From: Octopus sinensis
Lineage: Eukaryota
Length of the DNA: 64,000 nucleotides
Direction: 5' to 3'
Assembly: GCF_006345805.1 (NCBI RefSeq)
Contig: NC_043006.1
Location: 38,626,001-38,690,000, forward strand
This document shows positions 13,095-25,446 of the stretch, one piece after another. Position numbers and translations under genes: made by a program. How positions within the stretch are numbered: position 1 is the first letter of the stretch; each line of letters begins with the position of its first letter. Under the pieces are notes generated by a model that was not told where the DNA came from, did no database searches, and saw only the letters and a list, made by a program, of their open reading frames with translations.

Positions 13095-13470
13095 ATAGAG
13101 ACAAGGCCCTAAACACAGAAGTCTTCTCTTGAGCTGATCTGCCAAGCATCTACACACTGCAAGGAAGGTGCAAGTCAGGTGGGTAGGCCACCTTGTTTGA
13201 ATGTCTGACATGCAACTCCCCTAAATGACTGTTTTACAGTGAACTGGCAGAAGGCAAGTACATGCAAGTAGGCATGTACATGCAGGAAGGCAAGTACATG
13301 CAAGAAGCCATGTACATGCAGGAAGGTAAGTACATGCAAGAAGGTATATACATGTAAGAAGACAAGTACATGCAAGATGGATAGAGAAGGTGCTTCCTGT
13401 CAAAGTCTCTCTGAAGAGCTTTGAGATCAACCACAACACCTGGAAAACAGAAGCACAAGATCACCCTGCT
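13095..13470 (+). mobile_element. RTE-clade RT C-terminal fragment containing an internal 18-bp tandem expansion
   Basis: EVFS*ADLPSIYTL / QVRWVGHL / LFYSELAEGK / SLKSFEINHNTWKTEAQDHPAW. Confidence 0.75.
13253..13378 (+). repeat. 18-bp minisatellite, 7 copies (GGCAAGTACATGCAAGAA)
   Basis: Direct inspection of the sequence. Confidence 0.95.
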
Positions 13471-13574
13471 TGGTAATAATGCTAATGATGGTTTTTTAAA
13501 TTTTGGCACAAAGCCAGCAATCTTGGGTTAACTCAATTATATCGACAGCAGTACTTGACAGGTACCTATTTTAA

Positions 13575-13920
13575 ATAAATTAAATAAATGTTTCCTTGTT
13601 CAACCATGCCAGGCTCATAAGGGCCAGCTTTCCAGTGTCAATAGCGTACATATATTCCTCACTTGGATGGGAGATCAGTCCGTCACTGGATTCCTCTTTT
13701 TGCCAGAGCTGAGTGGATGTGAGCAATGTGGAATGAAGTGTTTTGCTCAAGAACACAATGCATTGCCCAGACCAGGAATTGAAACCACAATCTTACAATC
13801 ATGAGTCTAATACCCTAACCACTAAGCCATGCACCTCCACAGCAATGTGAAATGAAGTGTTTTGCTCAAGAACACAATGCATTGCCCAGTCCAGGAATTG
13901 AAACCACAATCTTACAATCG
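13575..13920 (-). mobile_element. tRNA-derived SINE with a partial tandem duplication of about 80 bp
   Basis: Head at 13790-13840; the segment agcaatgtg..cttacaatc is repeated at 13842-13919. Confidence 0.7.
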
Positions 13921-14545
13921 GCCCATTTCAAAGCACCCTTCAGCTGTCAGGCAATATACTGTGCTTGAGAAGACATGTTGAGCCAAGTAAAATTGTAGTC
14001 ATGGCTAATGCCAGTGCTGCCTGACTGACACCCATGCTAGTGGCACGTAAAAAGCACCATTCAAGTGTGACCGATGCCAGTGCCGGTGGCACTTTTAAAG
14101 CACCATTCAAGCATGGTCAATGCCAGTGCCACCTGACTGGCTCCTGTGTTGGTGGCACGTTAAAAGCGCCATTTAGACATGGTCGATGCCAGTGCCACCT
14201 GACTGGCTCCTGTGCTGGTGGCATGTTAAAAGCACCATTTGAGCATGGCCGATGCCAGTGTCACCTGACTGGCTCCTGTACCAGTGGCATGTTAAAAGCA
14301 GGATTTGGGCGTGGTCAATGTCAGTGCTGCCTGACTGACCCCTGCACCAGTGAAACATATAAAGCATCCATTACACTCTCAGAGTAGTTGGTGTCAGGAA
14401 GGGCATCCAGCTGTAGAAACCTTGCCAGATCAGATTGGTACCTGATGCAGCCTCCTGGTTTCCCAGCCCATAGTCAAACCTTCCAACCTATGCCAGCATG
14501 AAAAGCAGACATTAAACGATGATGACAATGATGATGATGATGATG
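13920..14545 (+). mobile_element. Repeat with an RTE-type (GAT)n tail carrying a 66-bp tandem array
   Basis: 66-bp units start at 14103, 14169, 14235 and 14301. The 3' tail ttaggaagggcatccagc..catgccagcatgg..gatgatgat recurs in more than 12 places in the window. Confidence 0.8.
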
Positions 14546-14559
14546 AGTCCAACACCCTA

Positions 14560-15360
14560 ACCACTAAGCCACGTGCCTCCACGGTACCTATTCTATTGAC
14601 CTCAAAAAGATGAAAAGCAATGTAAACTCTGCAGAATTTGAACTCAGAACATCAAGACAGATGAAATGTTACAAAATATCCATGTGCTAACAATTCTTTC
14701 AGTTCATTACCTTAATACTAATATTTCTTTCTTTATTGCCCACAAGGGGCAATAGAGAGGACAAGCAAGGACAGACAAAGGGATTAAGTCGATTACATTG
14801 ACCCCAGTGTGTAACTGGTACTTATTTAATCGACCCTGAAAGGATGAAAGGCAAATTGACCTCGGCAGATTTTGAACTTAGAATGTAACAGCATACGAAA
14901 TAACCTTGATACTAATATTCTTTTCTACTCTAGGCACAAGGCCTGAAATTTTGGGGGAGGGAGCCAGTTGATTAGATTGACCCCAGTATGCAACAGGTAC
15001 TTAATTTATCGATCCTGAAAGGATGAAAGGCAAAGTCGACCTTGGCGGATTTTGAACGTAGAATGTAAAGACAGACGAAATACTGCTAAACATGTTGCTC
15101 GGCGTGCTAACCTTTCTGCCAGCTCGCCACCGTCACCCGATTCGTTTCTTCTCTAGGCACAAGGCCCAAAATTTTTGAGGAGGGGGCCAGTTGATTAGAT
15201 TGACCCTAGTATGCAATTGGTACTTAATTTATCAACCCCCCAAAAGGATGAAAGGCAAAGTCGACCATGGCGGAATTTGAACTCAGAACGTAAAGACAGA
15301 CGAAATACTGATAAGCATTTTGCTTGGTGTGCTAACGATTCTGCCAACTCGCTGCCTTAA
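14560..15360 (-). mobile_element. Cluster of four same-orientation SINEs with a Meta/MESC-like core (gcctttcatcctttcggggtcgataa)
   Basis: Four consecutive copies. The family also occurs at 966-1160, 2780-2960, 20075-20285, 21035-21220, 22170-22330, 35680-36010, 47220-47395 and 53270-53615. Confidence 0.85.
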
Positions 15361-15739
15361 CCTTGACACTAATATTAATAATAGAATGAAATCTGTAGAA
15401 AATATGTTATGATTGGAGTGTAATCTAAGATCCAGTTGCACATTCTTAGACTTATAACAAGGCACCACTCTGAAGACACAATAATACAGGTTGCATAATG
15501 GTTGGGATAATAACGAATGGACCTTTAATAGAAATTTTTTCAACTCAGTCACAATGTCCAACTGAAGATCCTTTAACGAGACACAGTGGCAGGTAATCAA
15601 TCAGTTGCTAATTAATGTCCAATGATTATTAATGACTTATTAGGTGACTAATGAAGATGCCATATTCGTGTAGGACATTGAGTGTGTGTGGGGTCGGGTT
15701 GGTGGGCAGGTGTTGGGGTGTTTGTGTAAATGGGTAGTG

Positions 15740-16500
15740 GTGAATAATGAAAGAAAAGAGGAAAGAAGGAGAGAGGAAGGAGAAGAAAAATGATAGAAAA
15801 ATAGCTTTAAGAGCTGAAATATAATAAGAAGAATGTTAGGCAGGAAAGAGAGAAAAGAAAATGAAATAATGAGAAAGAAAATAGGGAAGAAGAGAATGGA
15901 GAAAGAAAAAAAATGAAGCAAGATAAAAAAGATAAAAGAAACAAAAAATAAAAGCATTAAGGAAGGAGGGAAGAAGAAAATGCAAAATTATAAGGAAATA
16001 AGGAAATGAGAGGAAGGAGGTAGAATGAGAATATAAAGAAGGAAAAGAAAGAATGAAGATAAAATGGGAAAGGAAGAAGAGGAGAAAAGGAAGAAAAGGA
16101 AATGAAGGCAAAATAAGGGAAAGGAAAGAATGCTAGAGAGACAGAAGTGATGATGAAAGAATGATTAAGAAGGAAACAATCAAAAGAGAGAGAGAGAGGG
16201 GCGAAGGGGGGAGGGAGGGAGGAGAATGAAAGAGATAGAAAAAGAAAGTAAAGTTGCAAAAGAGGGAATATGAAAAAGAAAAATGAAATAAATCAAGATA
16301 GAAATAAGGATAATGAGAAAGACAGATGAATGAAAGAAAGGAATTATAAGAAAGAGAGGAAGAACAGAATAATAAATGAGGAAAGCAGAAAGAAGAAAAA
16401 AAAAAGGAAAGGTATTACAAGAAAAAATAAATAAAATGCAAAGGCAAAACAGTCATTGAGTCAATGAAGAGAAAAGAAAATTGACAAGAGCAAGAAATTG
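15740..16500 (+). repeat. About 760-bp polypurine (A/G) tract
   Basis: Almost devoid of C on the plus strand. Confidence 0.9.
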
Positions 16501-17089
16501 AAATGGAATTCTTCCAACAAGATATAACAATTTTGTCCCAGAGGTTTAATTTGTTTTTCACCTTCTATTTTAACCCCACCTGATCCCAATTATTCTATGC
16601 CATCCTGTCAAAAGTTCTATCTCTCAGCCAGGCAGTAACTAAATTTCTCTTTTTAGTATGTTTTCCCTTTCACTTTCCCTACCACATTTGTCACTTTGGC
16701 ATTTCATGGAATCGGTAGAGTGTTACATATTTCACTACAATGTTCCTTTACATTCTGAACTCCAATCTCACCTTGGTCAACTTTATCGCTTTCATTATTC
16801 TGGAGGTCGCTGATGTAAATAAGTAGCAGTCAAATACTTTTAAGTAACATAATATTAGTACTGCTATTATTGAAGGTAAACCGTACTTGTAGATATATTT
16901 ATTATTTGTGTACTAGCAGGACCCCTGAATACTTCATGGAATTAATAATAAACCTATTGGCTTATTTTTAAAAACTTTAACCCAAAAATCTGAAAGTGTA
17001 ACCTGTGTTGTATCTGTATCAAAATATAGTTGCCCATTTGCCAATCATTGAAAAGTGAAGGAAACTGGAATATGATGATTACTTAATGC

Positions 17090-17191
<102 letters not shown>

Positions 17192-17200
17192 TATATAATA

Positions 17201-17600
17201 GGCGCAGGAGTGGCTGTGTGGTAAGTAGCTTTCTTACCAACTACATGGTTCCGGGTTCAGTCCCACTGCGTGGCACCTTGGGCAAGTGTCTTCTACTATA
17301 GCCTTGGGCCGACCAAAGCCTTGTGAGTAGATCTGGTAGACGGAAACTGAAAGAAGCCCGTCGTATATGTGTATATATATGTATGTATGTGTGTATATGT
17401 TTGTGTGTCTTTCTTCCCCGCACCCAAATCGCTTGATAACCAATGCTGGTGTGTTAACGTCCCTGTAATTTAGTGATTCAGCAAAAGAGACTGATAGAAT
17501 AAGTACTAGGCTTACAAAGAATAAATCTTGGGGTCAATTTGCTCAACTAAAGGCGGTGCTCCAGCATGGCTACAGTCAAATGACTGAAAAGAGTAAAGAG
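17201..17600 (+). mobile_element. Full-length copy of the abundant SINE
   Basis: Head, internal microsatellite and gactgaaa..gagtaaagag tail. Confidence 0.9.
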
Positions 17601-17693
17601 TATCAATATATATTTCAAAATGTAACCACATGTGAATTGTTGGTGATTTTTTACTTCTGTCTTCCTTTTCTCTTAGACTTTCCTCTTTCTCCT

Positions 17694-17728
17694 GTTTCTG
17701 AAGAAGAGCTTTGATCGAAACATAAAAC
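17694..17728 (+). ncRNA. Type I hammerhead motif, family B, within a short pyrimidine-rich repeat (about 17610-17760)
   Basis: GTTT-CTGAAGA-a-GAGC tttg ATC-GAAA-CATA-AAAC; stem I GTTT/AAAC. Confidence 0.65.
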
Positions 17729-17774
17729 CACCTTTCTTTCCTTCCCTGAGCATCTGTTAATTGTTCATCCAACG

Positions 17775-18670
17775 TTTCTCTATGTCATATATTCCATCTT
17801 TAAAAAAAATCATCTTTTGCTGTGATAAACTGTCCAAATGCTTCAGTTACCTCTTCTTTATTTAAGAATGTTTTATTGTTTATGAAAAGCTCAAAATGCT
17901 TAAATAAGTGATGATCAGTAGGAGACAGATATGAAGGGAATAGGGAAGATGTTGAAAAATCTCATAATTCAGGTTTTGCAACTTTTGGACCATAGCTTGA
18001 TGAGTGTGAAATTGGGCCATCTCTATTTACTAGTCTGGGCTGCTTCTTTTTCTAATCCTCATGCATACTATCAATTTCTTGGCAATACAATGTTGTTGTT
18101 ACTATTTTTCTTTGTTGCAAAAATGAATAATGAATAACTCCCTTTGCAGACCACCATGCAGTGACCACTAACTTTTTAGGGTGCAATGGTGGGATTGGGT
18201 GGTGTTTAGGTGACTCTCCTGCTATTGTCAAAGCATATTTATTTCTCATCACAAGTAATGATTTGATGCAAAAATGGTATTTTTCCAGTTGAGAAAGCAA
18301 TAAGGAGCACACTTCAAGGCATCTGTTGTTTTTAATGTCATTCAATTGATGTGGAAAAACCTATCTGTTTCCTTGACTTTTCCAATTTTTTACAGGTGTC
18401 CAAAAACAGTTGTGCAAGATGTTTGAAGTTCTGATGAAAGTTTTCGAACCTTTGTTCTTGGATTTTGTTCAACCAAGCATTTAATCCATCATGCTAAATA
18501 ACTGATTTTGGCCTACCCCTTTGGAACCAACTCTGAACTGTTCTGAAGTCAACAAAGCCATTACCAAAGACCCGCTTGATATTCCGTAGAGCTTCTACAG
18601 CAGAGTGACTCAGTGTATTCTTATACGAGAAAATTGCTGAACATAGTTTGGTTGTTATCATTTTCATAAG
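17775..18670 (-). mobile_element. Decayed mariner transposase remnant (Hsmar1/cecropia-like)
   Basis: Minus-strand remnants: N-terminal HTH (AVEALRNIKRVFG...VQSWFQRG), LHPKKLVVTAWWSAKGVIHYSFL and LSPTDHHLFKHF. Confidence 0.75.
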
Positions 18671-18809
18671 GTATGTGGGTAGGAATTTTGTATACCAATA
18701 TTATTGGGAAAGAAAAAGAGTCAAGATTAAATGGAAGGTATACATAATTGAGTTTTTAAATGACTGAAATAACAAGTAATTAAAAATGTGACATTTCATG
18801 TGAAACAAC

Positions 18810-18845
<36 letters not shown>

Positions 18846-19164
18846 ATAATTGTTACATATGTTTCAATAGAATGGTTATTTATTTGCTTATCAATATATT
18901 ACATTATAAAGCCACATAACCAGGCCATTTCATCAGACATCTTTACATAATCAACAGATATACCTATCTGTCAGAGTGGTGATAGATAAGCAATGAATTG
19001 TTTTAAAAACCACACACACACACACACACACACACACGTGTATGTAATTTTTAAAAGAATTCATTGTTTATCACCCATCACTTTGGCAAGCATCTGTAAT
19101 GAGAAAGCAGTCAGCAACCTCAGCTATGAAACAATAACATTTATACATTCTATTTTTAACTTAC

Positions 19165-19309
19165 CTCAATTTTTCCTTCAACTGCATTTTCAGAGTTGAG
19201 TTGTACAAAACCATGTCGGAGTTCTCTTTGGACAAATATACTGTTCCAGTGGTCAAGCTGAACACGTCCAACACTGCGTATTGCAACCATACCTTTTCCA
19301 CAGTCAAAG
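19165..19309 (-). CDS. EGFLAM: Preceding exon of the same pikachurin/EGFLAM-like laminin-G domain (not in the ORF track)
   Basis: Acceptor ctttttcttctag|C and donor GAG|gtaagt; 145 nt, phase 2 to phase 0. Encodes FDCGKGMVAIRSVGRVQLDHWNSIFVQRELRHGFVQLNSENAVEGKIE, which joins in frame to TDFSRIT... and matches LamG1 FNCGTGVAII...GWHTV...GLLQLNNGTPVTGQSQ. Confidence 0.85.
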
Positions 19310-19726
19310 CTAGAAGAAAAAGAAAGACAGGTTTAATTTCACATCATCCAATTATCAATGCGTAATTTCACCAAATTAAAGGCAATGCATGTTGTGTGCA
19401 TATATGTGCATTGGTATAATTTCTTTTATGAGATACCACGAATGTACGACTAAAAGCACAAAAGTGTTGTCTTTCTTAACCTGATGAAGTCATTGGGCGG
19501 TGACCATTCTGGGGCATCACCTTGAAAGAGTTTTAGTAGAGATAATTGATCCCAGCTCTTATTTGCACTTTTTAAAGTGTGGCACTTATTCTATCAGTCA
19601 CTTTTGCTGAACCACTAAGTTACAGGGATGGAAACAAACCAACACTGGATATCAAGTGGTGGGACGCAAACACAATGACACAAAAATACATATGCACATG
19701 TATGTGTGTGTGAGTGTGTGTGTGTA

Positions 19727-19770
<44 letters not shown>

Positions 19771-19880
19771 GCTTCTGTATAGTTTCCATCAACCAAATTT
19801 GCTCACAAGTCATTGGTTGGCCTAAAGCTATAGCAGAAGACTCTTGCCCAAGGTGCTGCACAGTGGGACTGAACCTGAAA

Positions 19881-19975
19881 TTTCCCCAAGACACCTGATG
19901 AAGACTGGAAGATATATCAGCCGAAATGTTGTTAGTAAGGACAATATCTGTCAAAAGTAAATAAAGTAAAAAAAA
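19881..19975 (+). ncRNA. Third family-A hammerhead unit (decayed)
   Basis: tttccccaaGACAC-CTGATGA-a-GACTG..CAGCC-GAAA-TGTT; homologous to 11711-11800. Confidence 0.7.
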
Positions 19976-20544
19976 TAGTATCAATCGAGTATTGGGATCA
20001 ATCTAATAACCTAATCCCACCTCCCCTGAAATTGCTGGCCTTGTGCCAAAATTTGAAATGAATATTTAGTGACAGTAAGGCAACAAGCTGGCAGAAATGC
20101 TGGGTGAAATGTTTAGCGACATTTCATCCGTCTTTACGATTTGAGTTTAAGCTCCACCAAGGTCCACTTTGCCTTTCATCCTTTCGAGGTCGATATAATA
20201 AGTACCAGTTTGGTACTGGGGTCAATGCAATCGGTTCAAACCCACCTCCTCGGAAACTGCTGGTCACGTGACTGAATTTGAAGCTGACATTTTGTGACAG
20301 TCAAACTGCACTCATTGACTGGAGTTCTCTACAGGTTTAGGCTATATTCTCAGGAATCTTTCATAGCATATTTCTATGATCTTCTTAATGATATTAAATT
20401 CTCCAATTCTTGAAGAATTTTAAAAAATCATTGAGAACATCAAAGAAATTTGTAATGTAAAGTTTGAGAATATAATTAAAAACCAAACTGAACTCCAACT
20501 GGTGAGTGTGTTTATAGGCAATATGACTCTGCTAAAATGGAAAC

Positions 20545-20700
20545 ATTATCCAAAGATAAATATCAGGAAAAAAAAATGTATGGAACACTGAATAAAGAAA
20601 CAATCCTTCTAATAGTCGGTGCCTAAGGAATCATTAAACAAATACAGATAAATACATAAAGTCTGAGAATTTATACATAGATGCAGCATACCGAAAATAG
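20545..20700 (+). mobile_element. Highly decayed R4/Dong-like 3' remnant
   Basis: TILLIVGA*GII-type motif resembling the clade's IPVIVGALG. Confidence 0.4.
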
Positions 20701-20935
20701 AACAACTATTTGCTGCATAAATATTACAAGTAATGCACAAATATTGCAGTTGCTGCACATAAATAATTACAAATATGGCAAGATCATAAATTGAACTTTT
20801 ATTAAAATACAATATATGGAAGACTGCGATTAATCAAGATGCACAGGACAGGCCTTTGTAGGGAAGTGAAAGCAGGCAAGGAAAATAAGACATGGAATAA
20901 TAACAATAATAATAATAATAATGATAATAATAATA

Positions 20936-20983
<48 letters not shown>

Positions 20984-20997
20984 TGATAATAATAATA

Positions 20998-21037
<40 letters not shown>

Positions 21038-21217
21038 CCTTTCTACTGGAGGCACAAGGCCTGAAATTTGGGGGAAGGGGGTTAGTTTATTACATCGACC
21101 CTGAAAAGATGAAAGGCAAAGTCGACCTTGGCAGAATTTGAACTCAGAACGTGAAGACGGATGAAATACCGCTAAGCATTTCACCCAGCATGCTAATGGT
21201 TCTGTCAGCTTGTTGCC

Positions 21218-21261
<44 letters not shown>

Positions 21262-21262
<1 letters not shown>

Positions 21263-21816
21263 GCCCTGATGCAGTACTAGGCAGTGGCTCTCATGGCTTC
21301 TTGTCTTAACTGATTGGAAGTGTTATCATGTATATTGTTTTGTCTTGGTATAAAAGATGGGCTACAGCAAATATTCTGCTCAATACTACAGATTTGCTTG
21401 TCAGTTGTTTGACCATATCCAGTTGCGTATGTCCCTTAGTGGCTGACGATATGTGCATCTCTGACCATGAGCAGAAGTAGTGGGAGAGCATCATAGCCAT
21501 GTCTTGAGAGGGATTCTTTGGGATTTGAATAATTCCCCTCTGGAAAGATGGGTGGTTCTTTCAACATCCTTAAAGAACCCTTATTCAGGGACCTTTTGAT
21601 TGGGATGAGCTACTCGACCAGAAGAAAATTCTAACTGGGCCTAACCTGCAAGGTCATATGCTGTTTATCTTGATATGAGATCACCATGTCGCAGACATAT
21701 GCTCATGATGCATGTGCCTGGTGTACCCTTATCAGATGGGTAGTCATGATGGGTATACTGGGCTTCGTATATTTTACCCCAGTGTCACTTTGATGGCATG
21801 CACTGCTCTCTCACTC

Positions 21817-21817
<1 letters not shown>
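21262..21817. mobile_element. About 555-bp non-coding interspersed element bounded by (TAA)n on both sides
   Basis: Higher-GC block with sharp edges between two long (AAT)n tracts; no ORF. Confidence 0.5.
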
Positions 21818-21844
<27 letters not shown>

Positions 21845-21847
<3 letters not shown>

Positions 21848-22080
21848 GTTTGGGGCAAGTCTAGGGCATTCATTCGTGATATGGGCAATGGTTTCAGCCA
21901 CCTGGCTATGGAAAATGAAGAAGGTGAAGATAGTATCAATTATTGCTGGGCCCTTGGGAACAGTACCCGAAGGTATCAAGGGGAATATAAAGGAAATTGG
22001 AATAGAGTGCCCAGTAGAAATGCTACAAAAGGTTTGCCTCCTTGGCATGGCCAGAATAATCAGGTAAGTATTAGATAGCT
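21845..22080 (+). mobile_element. R4/Dong-clade C-terminal fragment between (TAA)n tracts
   Basis: KMKKVKIVSIIAGPLGTVPEGIKGNIKEIGIECPVEMLQKVCLLGMARIIR (ORF 21876-22067). Confidence 0.8.
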
Positions 22081-22609
22081 GAAAAGAACAGAAAGCATGG
22101 TACCCTAAGGCTCCAGGAGCTCCAACAAAACCTGTGATAAACAGAAATAATAATAATAATAATAATAATGATTTCAGATTTTGGCACAAGGCTAGTAAAT
22201 TCAGGGAAGGGGTGAGGTGATGACATTAACCCCCAGTATACAACTGAGCAGCATTTGAACTCAGACCATAAAACAAGAACAAATGCTACAAAGCATTTTT
22301 TTTTCCTGTGTGCTAATGATTCTGCCAGCCCTATATACACCTGGCCAATCAATTTCAATTTTTTCTAGAATTCTTTCAATGATACCTCTTGGCTCCTATG
22401 GACATTCAGATGTAAAACGACAATTCAAAGATCCAATGGAACATTTTAGCATGCAGATATACCACCTGCTAGCAGACAATAAGTCTGGTGTCATTTTCAT
22501 GACGAAAATGACAAAAGCATTTTAATAATTCACATAGTAATATCAAATGATAAGAATATTGCATAGAAATCAGATGAAAAGCTAAGGAATTAAACCAGTT
22601 TAGAGACAC

Positions 22610-22982
22610 TTTTACTCTTTTACTTGTTTCAGTCATTTGATTGTAGCCATGCTGGAGCACTGCCTTTAGTCGAGCAAATCGACCCCAGGACTTATTCTAT
22701 CGGTCTCTTTTGCCGAACAGCTAAGTTACGGGGATGTAAACACACCAGCATCTGTTGTCAAGCGATGTTGGGGGGACAAACACAGACACACAAACACACA
22801 CACACACACACATATATATATACAGATAGTCTTCTTTCAGTTTCCGTCTACCAAATCCACTCACAAGGCTTTGGTTGGCCCGAGGCTATAGTAGAAGACA
22901 CTTGCCCAAGGTGCCACGCAGTGGGACTGAACCTGAAACCATGTGGTTGGTAAGCAAGCTACTTACCACACAGCCACTCCTA
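22610..22982 (-). mobile_element. Full-length copy of the abundant SINE
   Basis: Reverse complement of the same consensus. Confidence 0.9.
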
Positions 22983-23029
22983 TGTCAAATTCAAAAACCT
23001 CATGGAATGTATGTAATGTAATCAGTGAA

Positions 23030-23345
23030 AGTACATGGCTTAGTGGTTAGCATATTTAGTTGACGATTGTATGGTCATGAGTTCAGTTCCTAGTGGCATG
23101 TTGGGTCCTTGAACAGGACACTTTTTTTTGCGCGGCCCCAGTCCACTCAGCTGGCAAAGATGAATAGGACTGTTATTTCAAAGGGCCAGCCTTGTGATGT
23201 TCTGTGTCACGCTGAATCTTCTTGAGAACTATGATAAGGGAACAAGTATCTGTGGAGCGCTCAGCCACTTGAACGTTGATTTTTATGACAGGCTGTTCCA
23301 TCGGTTCAGATCAACTGGGACGCTCATCATTGTAACCAAAAGAAC
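23030..23345 (+). mobile_element. Older copy of the SINE family at 12751-13073
   Basis: Colinear homology with CpG decay. Confidence 0.8.
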
Positions 23346-23503
23346 ACCAGTTTTTTTCTTATTTTTTTTAAGACAGGCATCCAGCTAAATCAGACATTGG
23401 AGTATGATGTAGTTCTTGGACCCTTCACAACCCTGTCAAACTGATGATACTGATGAGGATTATCATGATGATGATGATGATGATGATTATGATGGTGATG
23501 ATG

Positions 23504-23535
<32 letters not shown>

Positions 23536-24029
23536 GATGGTGGTGGTGATGATGTTGATAATGATGATGATGGTGATGATGTGATGGTGGTGATGTGATG
23601 GTGATGATGATGATGATGTGATGGTGGTGGTGATGATGATGTGATGGTGGTGATGATGATGATGGTGATGATGATGATGGTGATGATGATGATGGTGATG
23701 ATGATGATGATATTGACGATGGTGATGATGACGATGGTGATGATGATGATGGTGATGATTATGAAGATGATGATGATGGTGGTGATAATTATGATGAAGA
23801 TGATGGTGATGATGGTGGTGGTGCTGATGATAATTCTAACTTTGAAATAGAAAGATCTGTGAAGAAATATCCACCTCTATTGTCACAAATAAAGATGTCT
23901 CCAAAAACTGATTTCATAATACTGGTCTGCATTAAACATTCATTTTTATTTGAAATAAATGTTTTTTGGGTCATTCCTAGCGTGCTGATTTCAAAATTCC
24001 AATTTATTTTCTCCTATTATAGCCACATT

Positions 24030-24526
24030 TAAAGTTATGGTAATATATGTAGATTCAAAATGTGTGTGTGTGTGTGTGTATCTATATCTATATATGTGTG
24101 TGTGTGTATAAATATATCTATATCTATATGTGTGTGTATATATATATAAATATATCTATATACATATATGTGTGTGTGTGTGTGCATATACGTGTGTATG
24201 TACATATGTATATACACACACATACAAATCTATTTACATGCATATATACATATATAGGCACACACATATATATATGTATAGTAGAATAATAAAAAGAAAG
24301 CTCTTGGTAATATATATATACACACACACGTTTATAACAGTTAAAATTTTTATCACTTCTAAACTTTGAATTGTCATAATATTTCTTTTCTTAAATATTT
24401 TACTTTCAAATATGTCTGTGAATACACACACACGCATATATATACATATATATATATGTATATATATGCATATATATATTATATATATATATATATTATA
24501 TATATATATGTATATATATGCATATA

Positions 24527-24559
<33 letters not shown>

Positions 24560-24800
24560 CATACATATGTACATATATGTATGTATGTATATATATATAT
24601 ATATATGTATATATATGTATTATATATATATATATTCACATATATATAATATATATATATATTATCTATATATACATATACACATATAGATAGATAGATA
24701 TATGTAAATGTATATATGCATAATATATATATATATATATACATATAGCGATGATGATGATGATGATGATGATATATACACTCACACACATGCATATATA
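24030..24800. repeat. Long compound (AT)n/(GT)n/(AC)n microsatellite
   Basis: Similar tracts at 17090-17200, 25110-25460, 31380-31780, 37560-37980, 45140-45470, 45850-46200, 59270-59840 and 62840-63960. Confidence 0.95.
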
Positions 24801-25114
24801 TATTGTTTTTCTGTTGTTTTCTTTTGATAATATATGTCTTTAGGATCAAAGTTGAAGGGGAAAATATCTTTTTGTAAAAGAAATAATATTTGCTTTGTGC
24901 CATTATGGAGAGAAAAGAGTTAATGGAATTCTTTAGCAAAGGAAACAGAAACACACATATATTTATTGTGAAGATATTAAAGGCCGAATCGAATAGAATA
25001 GAATTCCACAAAAAGGAGATGATTGAAAATTGTTTATTGATTCTTCAAATTGATGTGAAAAAAATCAGTGAAATTTGTATAGCGGACCATATGAACATTC
25101 TCTTTCTCTGTCTG

Positions 25115-25154
<40 letters not shown>

Positions 25155-25404
25155 CATACACACACACACACACGCGCATACACACATGCACATAAAAAAG
25201 CATCAGTCATGCGTGGCCAATACCTGACTGGCACCCATGCACCCGTATATATATAAATATATATATACATGGATATATATATATATACACACACACACAT
25301 ATATACATATATATACACACATATACATACACGCACACACATATATACATATATCTATACATATATGTATGTATATATATATATATATACACACACACAT
25401 GTAT

Positions 25405-25446
<42 letters not shown>

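Noticed and set aside
14030-14380. CRISPR-like array
   Set aside because: Contiguous 66-bp tandem units without unique spacers, in eukaryotic repeat context.
19481-19510. CTGATGA followed by a GTCA/TGAC stem (hammerhead-like)
   Set aside because: No GAAA follows, and the stem sequence belongs to the end of an adjacent SINE.
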